Origin: Leptogorgia sarmentosa
Lineage: Eukaryota
Reading direction: 5' to 3'
NCBI GenBank assembly: GCA_964658305.1
Contig: OZ210885.1
Location: 23,622,001-23,686,000, forward strand
DNA length: 64,000 bases
The position numbers and the translations under genes were made by a program. Below are positions 37,380 to 48,300 of the stretch, one piece after another (the stretch's first letter is position 1; each line of letters begins with the position of its first letter). The notes beneath the pieces are model-generated. The model did not search any database. It saw nothing but the letters and a program-made list of their open reading frames with translations, and had not been told where the DNA came from.

Positions 37380-38650
37380 TAGAGGTTAATTTATGAGCGT
37401 TTTGAGCATTTTGTTTCAAGACAACGTAACATTGAGATGACGTAATTCTCACTGAGCCCACCCGCAAATTTAAGGGAACCAACGTGAAGGTGTGCAAAGC
37501 AGTTCTTGCGGGCTAAATATTACAAAATGGCAGCTGATATAGGCGCGAGCTAAAGAGTGGTGATGTGTTTGATCGTGGATTTTGTTTCGCATGAATATCC
37601 AGATAAAAAGAAAATATAATGTTCGCAGCGACAAGTGACTTCAGTGAAATAGAGGTTAATTTATGAGCGTTTACGCCGTTTAGAACACTATTTATACTAA
37701 GGAAATTTATACGCAAAAATATCATGACGCAAATTGCAGACATTGGCATTGCTTTTAAAGATATTAATTAAAGAGGTTCGCGTTCGCTATGCAATTTAGA
37801 TCATCAAAGCAAAAATATCATGATGCAATTTATACAATTGAACACAGCGAATATTTAAGGTTATGAAAGAGTTTAATGTCTTGACACAATTGCGCGTATA
37901 TTTTCCCTACGATACTTTAGCGCGATACTTTAGTGTGTCGGTACTGTCGCACTCACACACTGTACATGTTTGGACTGCCCGCGGTGTCATTGTGATCACG
38001 GAATATCTACTATATTTTGACGCTTCGCCATACGGAATGGTTGAAACATTCAATCCCAGGAAAGTAGATTTCGTAGCTTGTAATAAAACGGGTTTGTGCG
38101 TTTATTAAGCGCGAGACAAAACAAACGAAATCATATATAGTTTCAAGTATTCTGTTTTGAACCTACGCGCAATGTGCATACCGATCATACATACACTTTA
38201 GCGTCTACGCAAATGCGCATGAATGGACGGAATATATTGTATATAAATATATATATATAGGTATTGAAAAGGGTAAATTTGGTTTTTAGAGAGCCACATT
38301 TTTCACAAACAATCCAAAGCGCTGTGTCTATTTTAAAGACGCAATAACATAAAATGCGATATCATATGTCGTCAAGTTTCAAATCCTTATGCAATTTGAT
38401 ATATGATCGCGGGAATTCCGGAATGCGAGATAGTCATGAAAGCTTATATCAAGTATTGAATACGTCTCCGCACAACCTCACGTCTTGAAAGGAATTAGTA
38501 TTTGCGCTATTCGCCTATTCCCTAGCAATAAACCATTTTATACATGCAAGTTCGCGTATTAGGGACAGATAAGATGCGTGTATCGAAAAGCTGAAAACAA
38601 ATAAGACTTGATCATCAAGCTACATAGGCGCAGATACATGTACACTTTGT
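37380..38650. mobile_element. Unclassified ~1.27-kb insertion splitting the right TIR of the IS3EU-like element
   Basis: TIR homology stops at ~37380 and resumes at ~38651; tagaggttaatttatgagcgttt occurs at 37380 and 37650. Confidence 0.55.
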
Positions 38651-39887
38651 GTACCTATTTTTATTAGTGTGTTCAATTCTTTTTTTTTGCGTATATTTTT
38701 ATATATGTATGTGACCCTTGTGAGCTACCGTAAGATTTAACCAAAAGATTCAACAAAATTTCAACCGAACCACACACCACTCACCCCCCCCCCCCCGCAC
38801 AATTATCATTGTCAGCAGGGTCATGATGTTGATAGGGACAAAAATTAGACGACAGGATGAAAGGAACCAAAAAGAGGTAATAAATAACCTGATATATATG
38901 TAAGAAAGACTGGCCTGGACTGCATTATCATGGAGATTGTAGAGTAATTCTAAGAACAGTTTAATAGTCTTAGTTTAATTATTTAGGTAAACATTGAACA
39001 AACAGGTTATTAGAACTGGGCAAATTGTTAATACATACAAAAGTTGCTTACCTGAATAGTCATAACTATTTGTTGTAGAAAGTAAAATTAAAAGGCATGT
39101 AAAATAACCTTGATTATGCTTTTGTTTCAGGATCACAACCACACATTTAGGAAGATAATGAAGCGTTATCAACCATCTAAAAAGCTCGGCTGCCCAAGCA
39201 AAGTAGTTATGTCTAGGGTCTTGAAGTTTCCTGACTACATGGTAAATGTGTAAAGTGCAATTATCTTATATTTGGTACATTTATTTTTTACCTTAGTACA
39301 CAAGAAAATATATTGCCAAATATAAGGCTGGACTCTTGTCATGCCATTTTTTGAAAATGTGATATTAGATTTTAACATACAGTACTGAGCACTGCATGAA
39401 GAGTGGCTATTGTGGAATAGGCAGACAAAACTTCACATCATCATTTCAATGTTTTGTTTCAATGACATTCATTAAATAAAGCAACAGTAGCCCGTGTAGG
39501 TGCAAAGTTGACCACCAATCCACCATGTACCACCATGTAACTTCTTATGAATATGGCTTATCAGTTATCACCAATACGTCTATTAATTTAAATACTATAT
39601 ATTGGTCTTAAGTTTGAGTTAACATGATTTTTGAATTGACCCCCAATAGGTAATAGGTGATAAAAATTCTCGCTCACTAAATATACACACATACCTATTT
39701 AACTGAATAACTTCTTGCTTAAATCTCTGTTTGCATTTGTTTTTATTTGGTGTTTTAATTTATATTTTATACACATATGGTGCCACAAAATTGTCTTTAT
39801 ATAAAGTTTACAGCACATGAAATACCGTTGACTCGTATGTATTGCAGTTTCAGAAATGTACGTTTCGTGTCTGTTATAGTGCTCACC

Positions 39888-40827
39888 ATTGGTGTGTTCA
39901 GTTTTTTATAGGCACCCAAATAGTAAAATTGAAAATTTTATTGAATATTATACAAAATTAATGGAAAAAATTTCTAATGAAAAAAAAAAAGCATAATCAT
40001 GGGTGACTTTAATATAAATCTGCTTAATTATGAATCACATCCACAAACACATGAATTCCTTAGCAATCTGGGACCGTATTGTTTCCAACCCTATATCACT
40101 CAACCAACACGAATAACTGATCACTCAGCAACTTTGATTGATAATATTTACTTTAATTCTATTGAGCATGAGGCGATAAGTGGCAATTTGATTTGTGATA
40201 TAACTGATCATTTTCCTAATTTCTTAATTTTCAACAAGCTGACCTATACTTCCTCCAGTCCTACAATATATCAAAGAGATTATTCTGATTTTAATGAAGC
40301 TATGTTCTTTGAGGAGGTGTGTCTGATCGATTGGGAGGAAGTCTTGCCCGAAACTGAAGATGTGAATCTTATTTTTGAATTATTTCATAATAAATTATCC
40401 AATATTATCGATAGGCATGCACCTCTCCGTAAATTATCCAAGAAAGAAATTGGGATAAAAGCCAAACCATGGATTACAAATGGAATTAGAGTGTCTATTG
40501 CTAAAAAGAATAAACTGTATGAATTATATATTAAATCTAAAAATGACTACCATTTTTCTAAGTTTAAATCTTATAGGAATAAATTGAAACATCTTATATT
40601 GATTAATAAAAAGAAATATTATAATAAATACTTTGCAAATAGTAAATATAATAAGACACTTGGAAAGGTATTAAGCAGTTGATATCATTAAAAAATAAGC
40701 CTTATTCGGTTCCAAATTTATTAAAAGTGGACAATTTAAATTTGACCAATCCAAAATTGATTGCTAATGCCTTTAATAATTACTTCTCTAATATCGGTCT
40801 AGATATTGCTAACTCCATACCAACAGT
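39888..40827 (+). mobile_element. Host LINE segment 3 (rest of endonuclease and linker)
   Basis: IGV..YRHP, MGDFNINLL, PTRIT..SATLIDNI, ITDHFP, KPWITNGI, IANAFNNYFSNIG. Confidence 0.92.
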
Positions 40828-40871
40828 TATGGAAGCCCAGCAGGCTCACTTCAACTTTCATAAAGTACTTG

Positions 40872-41046
40872 GTATTTTCACATATAACTTAGCATTTTCA
40901 TATACCAACTTAGTATTTTCACATATCAACTTAGCATTTTCATATACCAACTTAGTATTTTCACATATCAACTTAGCATTTTCATATACCAACTTAGTAT
41001 TTTCACATATCAACTTAGCATTTTCATATACCAACTTAGTATTTTG
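40872..41046. repeat. 21-bp subterminal repeats alternating as a 42-bp dimer
   Basis: agtattttcacatatcaactt and agcattttcatataccaactt alternate about 8 times. Confidence 0.93.
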
Positions 41047-41214
41047 ACAGCCAAATATTGTTAACGTTTTATCTATACTTAGAAAAAAGTACCTTTTTCA
41101 AAATATTTTTGGTGTTTCAAAAAGTTTTTTTGGCAAATTGAAAAAATTTTTCGCGATTGAAAAATTTTCATGGTGAGTATAGACCATAACGCAACGCAGT
41201 CTTATGATGAAATA

Positions 41215-42803
41215 CACTGCGAACCACGATATTAGTTTGATATGAGATATACGCTGTTCATATTCTAAATAAGCAGCATTATTCATTGAAAAAGCATAAG
41301 TTTTAGTGGAAGGTGTGGAAACACAGTTCCGATGTTTACATTGTATAAAAGTCACGTGGGTAAAAAAAATGTAGGCGTTTCCCTATAAAAGAGGTGGCCC
41401 ACGATATTAGTTACAAAAATCTATGATCACGATGGGACGCAGTAAAGACCTCGCAGAACAAGAAAAAAAGTTTATCATAAAGGAAATAGCCAAAGGTAAA
41501 ACACCCAAAGCTATTGCTGAAAAAATAGGTCGTCACGTGATCACAGTTGAAAGATTTCTGAAAAATCCTTGTAAGAGGAAACCTCGACGTGATCGCGGAG
41601 TTGTAAAATCAGTCTCGAAGCGAGATATGAACCGTTTAAGGAGAACGCTCCGTAAAATGCCTGGGGCAACGAGTGCAAGAATTTTTGAAGACGCTGGTCT
41701 ACCAGATTTCGCGAAAACCACCCGCAATCGACTCCTCCGAAAGGTAGCATCAGTGAAAAGTCCGGCTAAAAGGCCACCTCTTACGTCCAGACATAAACGT
41801 TTACGTATGGATTGGTCAAAGAAATACATGAAAACGGACATGAAACATGTACTATTCACTGACGAGTCGAGAGCTACCTTAGATGGTCCTGATGGTTGGG
41901 CGAAAGGCTGGGTGTTCCACGGTGATGATTGTGCGACCCGAATGAGGCGTCAACAGGGAGGTGGTGGTGTTATGTTTTGGGCTGGCATCATTGGCGATGA
42001 CGTTATCGGCCCCTTTCGGGTGCCTGAAGGAGTGAAGCTTACTTCTACAACGTATTGCCAGTTTCTCAAGGATGCACTCGATCCATGGCTAGATGATCTA
42101 CCTTTGTCAGTGCTAAAGAAGATCATCTTCATGCACGACAATGCTCCGTCTCATGCAGCAAAGGCCACAACAGCATTTTTACAGTCTCTTGGATTTGTCA
42201 ACGACACTCTCATGGTTTGGCCTCCAAACTCGCCAGATTTAAATCCAATTGAGAACATGTGGTCTATAGTCAAGCGCATTGTTTATGCAGATGGCAGGCA
42301 ATATTCTTCAAAAGATGACCTGTGGAAGGCAATAAAACGATCTACTGCTTCCATCCCCAAGTCTACCATCAAGAACCTCACAGATTCGGTAAACGACAGA
42401 CTTTTCGAAGTTATCAAACGCCATGGGGCCCATGTGAATAAATAACTGAGTGATGAGATTCAAACTATAGCGTGTTCCATTATGTAAATGAGTAAATTAT
42501 TTGAAATTGTTTGTGTCGACAATTTAACAATAAAAATAAATCAACGAAAGATAATTCATTTCTTTCTGATGCACTTAACTTATTTTTTTCTAAATGAAAC
42601 TAATAGCGTGGTTCAGTGGGAAAAGCACAAAATGAAACGAAGGTACACTTCTTCATCAATATCAATTTGTGAAACACAAATTAAAATTTTCCCAGCATTA
42701 CTTGAATAACGTAAGCCAAATTATAATGTTTGAGCCAGAATTGTGCCAATGTGATCATTTTTTTCGTAAAGTTGTATTTGAACTAATATCGTGGTTCGCA
42801 GTG
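41215..42803 (+). mobile_element. Tc1-like DD37E (TRT-type) transposon, full length
   Basis: 23-bp perfect TIR cactgcgaaccacgatattagtt; TA TSD (41213-41214 / 42804-42805); intact transposase. Confidence 0.95.
41423..42445 (+). CDS. DD37E Tc1-family transposase, uninterrupted 340 aa (337 from the second ATG at 41432)
   Basis: FTDESRATLDGPDGW, RRQQGGGGVMFWAGI, HDNAPSH...SPDLNPIEN; 37 residues lie between the second D and the E. Confidence 0.95.
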   Translation: MITMGRSKDLAEQEKKFIIKEIAKGKTPKAIAEKIGRHVITVERFLKNPCKRKPRRDRGVVKSVSKRDMNRLRRTLRKMPGATSARIFEDAGLPDFAKTTRNRLLRKVASVKSPAKRPPLTSRHKRLRMDWSKKYMKTDMKHVLFTDESRATLDGPDGWAKGWVFHGDDCATRMRRQQGGGGVMFWAGIIGDDVIGPFRVPEGVKLTSTTYCQFLKDALDPWLDDLPLSVLKKIIFMHDNAPSHAAKATTAFLQSLGFVNDTLMVWPPNSPDLNPIENMWSIVKRIVYADGRQYSSKDDLWKAIKRSTASIPKSTIKNLTDSVNDRLFEVIKRHGAHVNK

Positions 42804-45332
42804 TATAAACATTTCAAGATTTCAAGATGGAGAGATTGGAAGATTTACCATTCGATGTATCAGAAGGTATGCGGAACTCTTTCTGCATGGATTTATTTGA
42901 TTCTTATATTGATAATGCAATGATATATTTTGAAATTTTGCAGAAATGTACGAGCGTATTAACGACTTAGTGGCAAAAATGAAGACAAATGTAATGATTT
43001 TAAAATACTTGGACAAAGAATATGGCTGCACATGGAGGTAACCATTACAACATTTGCAAAAACATAGAAATGATCAGAAATACAGCTAGATAAGAAAAAG
43101 TAGAGGAAAAGTAGCCCTACCCGAATATAATATTTAATTTTGACACTCCCAACCAGTGAATTCCCTGGCACTTAGAGAGCTTACATTACTCCCGTAGCCC
43201 CGGCGACGATATATACAAACGCACATTTAAGTGTATGATATCCTCATGATACCATAAACGTTTTCATTCTTGTCGACCTTGACCCAGATCACAAGCTTAT
43301 AATTCCTAACCCTTTTGTGCCATTAATCTAAAGAATATATTGAGTAAAAATTGAATAAATTCTATTCCGTATTTCTAATATTTGAAATATCAACATGTGT
43401 CTTAATTATATAGTTTGTCGACATTGAAAAGGAGGTTGAAAGTGATGAACATCCGCAGGCATGACGAATCAGCCAAATGATGTGATAAAGGCTGTAGCTG
43501 TAAGTGATCATTATTTGGAAGTAAAGATTTCGTGTGAATATAATGGCAGCACTTCCATGTATACTAGGTTGTCTTCCATATAAAAATAAATTCTTTTAGT
43601 AATTTGGCATTATGATCGTAATCTTTCCTATTAAAATCTATATATTTACATAATTTTTTAATGTAGAGTGAATTGAATGGACCTGCGAAAAAGATAGGAT
43701 ATCGAACCATGCATCTACGCTTACGTCAGAAACATAATTTAAAAGTGAAGAGGTACTTCTTAAAAGCAGCGGATTCTATAATAAAGTAGTTAGTATATAA
43801 TGTATACGCTATAATTCATCCAGGAACTATTTTCATGACTTTATAAAATACATCCTGTATGTTTTTGAATTAAGGGACGATGTATACCAGACGATGCAGT
43901 TTTTGGATCCGGGTGGAGTTCAAATGAGACAGGAAAGGATCCGGGATAGGCGGGACTATGTATCTGTGGTAAAGACATAACACTAATAATTGAACTATAA
44001 TTTCTTTTCATATCCTCAGTTGAAACATCTCTCATATATATTTGCAGGGTAGTAATTGGATATGGCACATTGATGGCCATGACAAATTAAAACCGTATGG
44101 TTTTTGCATTCATGGTGCTATAGATGGATTTTCCAGAAAAATCCTCTGGTTATGTATTGACCAGACTAATAATAATCCGTGGTACATCGCAAAATATTAC
44201 ATGGACTATGTGAGAATCAACCATGGTTAGTAGTCTTGTATATTTTCCGCATGACATAGCTACTATATAATAGCTATAGAGTATAGTCCAATAAAATTGC
44301 ATATCTGCAAATTCTGCATGGCCCCAAGACGAGGTGTCGCTTTGATTTTGAAGCAGCATCATTATAGTATAGCAAACATACAACATGTCAATATTTTATA
44401 TAGTTGTTCCTTCAATGACTAGATCAGATGCAGGTACAGAAAATGGAATACTAGTAAGCTGTCAAACATACTTGAGGCGAAATTTCTCTGATAATTTATC
44501 TGGGGAGAAAAGTCATGTGTATGGCACGTCAATGCTAAATCAGGTAGTTGCATGCGTTGTCATATATATACGTATATAAACATTTAAAGGACTGCTGCAT
44601 CACTGGAAGCAGCTGCGAATTTGTATTCGAAAACTATATTAGCTTATGCCTTGTCAAATCCTGCGAATGGATGTCCTGAATACATACAGTATTTTAATTA
44701 CGTTCACCAAATTATGTATTCATCAATGATACGCAGTGCATGGATGGGTAAGATGAGTATGAATTTCCACTCCTTTTTGATAGATTGAATTTTTACCAAT
44801 TCCAGAGAATTGAATGCTTTTGGAGGCAGCAAAGAGAATATCACACTGGACATTGGGAAAATGAATTCAGGGTTTGTATTATGATAACGAACTGTATATA
44901 ATGCAGTTAACGTAATCTATTTTGAAAAGATATATTATCAAAAATAGTCGATATATTTCAATATTTTATACTTAAGGATTTGGAACAAGATGCGCTGTTT
45001 TCTCAAGATTGTGTACTCCATAAGTAAGAGATCATATAGTCTTTCATTACTACAATACACATGCACTTTCACATTTTTCTTATCAACGTCATATGGCCTG
45101 GAACCTCGTCCTCACGAATCGTGAGCCAAAAGAGCAAGACTTTACACTATGCACTAATTAGGGCACATACTTTGGTTCCGAAGTACTGGGGCCGGTTGTT
45201 CGTGGCCCGTTTAGCTTAAACGGCGGATAAGTTGAGAATTTTAAGCAAGTTTATATATTCATTGAACAATTAAGGTAAAAATTTTAAATCTAAAAAGAAC
45301 ACCTATGCATACAAGTATATATTTTACACCCA

Positions 45333-48300
45333 GTGGCTGTCTCACTAAGAACCATGCACCCATTTCAGGTTGAAAATTAGATTTCCTTCAAATTTTCACC
45401 ATGAATTACTGCAACCCTAAAAGGTTTTAAATAAATATCAAAAGTTCCAAATTTGACACCCGATACAACGGCTAACTGCATGTCATATTGTTTATCATAT
45501 CTCGAGAAGTTTTGCGTCAAATTCAAAACTTTTTTGCCAGAATTGAGTTAGACTCCTTCCCTTCTCGAATATATGAAGAATTTATCATACGACTTATTTT
45601 AACAAAAATATTTGGTTTCCAACTGAGTCTATTTTTACTACACAAGCAATATTCCGGAAAGTTACGAAAATTAAAACGAAAATTTCTCAAAAGTGGCACC
45701 TAGTCAGAATCTAAATGTTTATTTTTGTTAAACTAGAACACTTGAAGTAATGTTATTTGCAATAAAACTTGTCGGCAAAGAAAAATTGAACATGTATAAT
45801 ATTTCATAACGTGGGCTATAATTAGCGTTATTGTTTACCTTCTGTGAAAGCTCATCGTTAAGAGGAAATTTGCATTTGTGATTAAATTACGTTCCAAACC
45901 CCAGGTTTGAAGTATGTTTCAATTTGGAATGTTTTTTTGTAGCAAAGTTACATTTCCAAAGAAGATAAACAACCGTACAAAAATAACAAAATACCAAGAC
46001 AAATTGTGCTTTTATTCCGTCGCGTTGATTTAATTTCACGGGGTTTCAAATAAATGTATGAAGCCTAGTAAATCTACTACGACTGATTATACTAGGAGGA
46101 AAACATCGGAGTTGTTTGGACGAATGAACTTCTAAATTTGAAGAATGAAAAGTTTATATGTCTATCTATCAGTCAGGATCAGAACCGTTAATTGAACAAA
46201 AGCTACACCCTTTCAAATATTAATTAATAATGTCAAATTAAATGAGATCCCAGAGATGAGGTCCATAATATTCGTTATAATTACATAACATTATGTCTCA
46301 CTTAAGAATGCGTACTCAGGTGAAAATTAGTAGACACTTCTCGTTGCTTGTTTAGAATTCAGAGTAAGAAGAAATTCTTATTCTAGTAGTACAGTGCTGT
46401 TAGGCACTAAGGTGGCGAAACGTCGACGCTGACGAAACTTTTCCCAGTCTCTCACTTTATAAAGGTCCCTATTTGAATTAGATAACATTATAAAATCATG
46501 TGAAAATCGCTGTTTCTTACATCTAGGAATATAATTAACAAAAAGCCACAATGTTCCCAACACGTCCAGACGAGAATTAGAGTCCATCGTCCGTCACTGA
46601 TTCTGGGAACAAGCACATTGTTCAATCATGTTCGAGATTATGTTGATCAGATCTTGTTTCTTGTCCCTTGATTTAAACTGCATATCAAAATGTTTGCAAA
46701 TTTCTTTTAGCATCGGTACTTTGAAAACGGATAGCTGTTCTTTACTGTACATGTCACACAAGTCATATGCATCGTAATATATGGGGTGGGTGACGTTGAT
46801 TGCAGAAAATATGTCGTTTACTAACGTTTCTCTTGCTTCTTCCTCCTCACAATTGCTATAATCTTCGTTTTCGTCTAATTTGTCTTCGTCAAGTTGCCCT
46901 TTCCTTCGTTGCTTCGCTAATCTTGAAAAAAAGCCCTTTATCTGCTGCTTATTCAGCCATTCTTCCTTTGGAAATAATCTCTCTCCACCTTCATTCCTGG
47001 CGCCCCGTATGTCCAATGAAACTTGTGCTGGGTCTGCTTTGTGGCCCGTTCGTTCTCCAAAGTCGAATTTTGCAGTCAGGTACTTTTTCACTTTATCAGA
47101 AAACCTTACAGATCCCGTTTTTGGTTGGCTTAAGGCCCAACCCATCTCAAGAGGGCTTATTGTACTTACTATAATACCACTCTGTTTATAAGATGCTTGG
47201 ACATTCTTTGATGTGAGTGTCTTGAAGTTATTCGCCCACTCTCTTCTAAGAACATCGTAAATACTTTCATTATTGACGAACCGACTATGCTGTCCTACAT
47301 CAATGTGTAGCTCTAAGTCCTCGAAGGACTTGAAAACGCAGTTGCAGCCAGGCTCAAGACATTCAAATAAACCCTCAGATTCTGCACCATCAACTGTACT
47401 TTCCTTTTTCAATGTTGTCTGTCTGACTGAATTAATGTCTGGGAATTGTTCCTTCACTTCCATCTGTGTCTTGCCCTGATGATGAACGTATATTGATTTA
47501 TCATGTACTTTCTTTCCCTCCCCTATTTCAAACGCTTTCCATACTCTGATACCATCTTTCTCGTACTTGAAATTGTGATAGCTGCTAAAGTTTGTTATCT
47601 TCTTTACTTTAAGCTCCTCTGCGGATTCATTAATTTTATTTACCGATGCCGAGGTTCCCTTTACAGTGTGATAACTGAGTGCAGTGTACATGTCTTTGGC
47701 GTTAAGAATGTCATGCCCTTCGTTGCAATATCTTCGAATAGATGACTTCAGCGGACTGATAATTCGATCGCAGATGTCTTTACCTTGTTGAAGCTCCGAG
47801 AAATGGTAACTATCAACTGAAATCCCGACCCGTTCCCCAATATCTTTTACTGCTGATATAAGAAGGTTATTGTGATAGCATCCAGCTTCATCTGACCTGA
47901 GGTAAGCTTTATTTACAAGTGGGAATTTACATTTTACGGCAGAGAGAAGATTTTCTATGATAGAAGCTACAGCGAACCAATCTTGAGTACAGGAATCAAA
48001 TAAATGAGCATATGTGGTCACCACAACTGTGTCTGTCGACGTGCCTTTGGAAACAACACTGCTCACATGCCAACTAAGTCCACGCTTTCCGTACCAATCA
48101 GACTGTTTCTCTCGGAATTTGGTCTGCTGGAATTTCATAGCCCAGTCCATAACTATAAGAACACTGGATTCATCAAGATTGTCCAAAACTTTCTGTTTTG
48201 CTCTCTCCTGATTAATTGATCGAAGAATATGTGATTTCCATTTCTGAATATTTTGAAAGGATTCCTCAAAATCGTAAACGAGCTCTTCTTTCACATCTTT

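Larger units (their letters stand above)
27069..38732. mobile_element. Complete IS3EU-like DNA transposon (transposase plus convergent HECT gene)
   Basis: Termini tacggtggctcacaagggtcac / gtgacccttgtgagctaccgta; perfect 6-bp TSD agattt (27063-27068 / 38733-38738); the TIR continues inward (31187-31385 inverted at 37151-37355). Confidence 0.9.
26347..39887 (+). mobile_element. MULE/Mutator-like non-autonomous element (about 1.9 kb of its own sequence) hosting an IS3EU-like element
   Basis: ~70-bp TIR ggtgagcactataac(at)agacacgaaacgtacatttctgaaactgcaatacatac at both ends. Exon remnants at 26480-26619, ~38790-38876 (YHCQQG) and 39130-39241 (QPSKKLGCPSKVVMSRVLKFPDY, CaRF/MULE-like). No clean TSD seen. 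Confidence 0.6.

Noticed and set aside
26353..39881. CACTA/Transib assignment from the cacta...tagtg termini
   Set aside because: The inverted repeat extends 6 bp further out (ggtgag/ctcacc), so CAC is not the terminus and no 3- or 5-bp TSD results.
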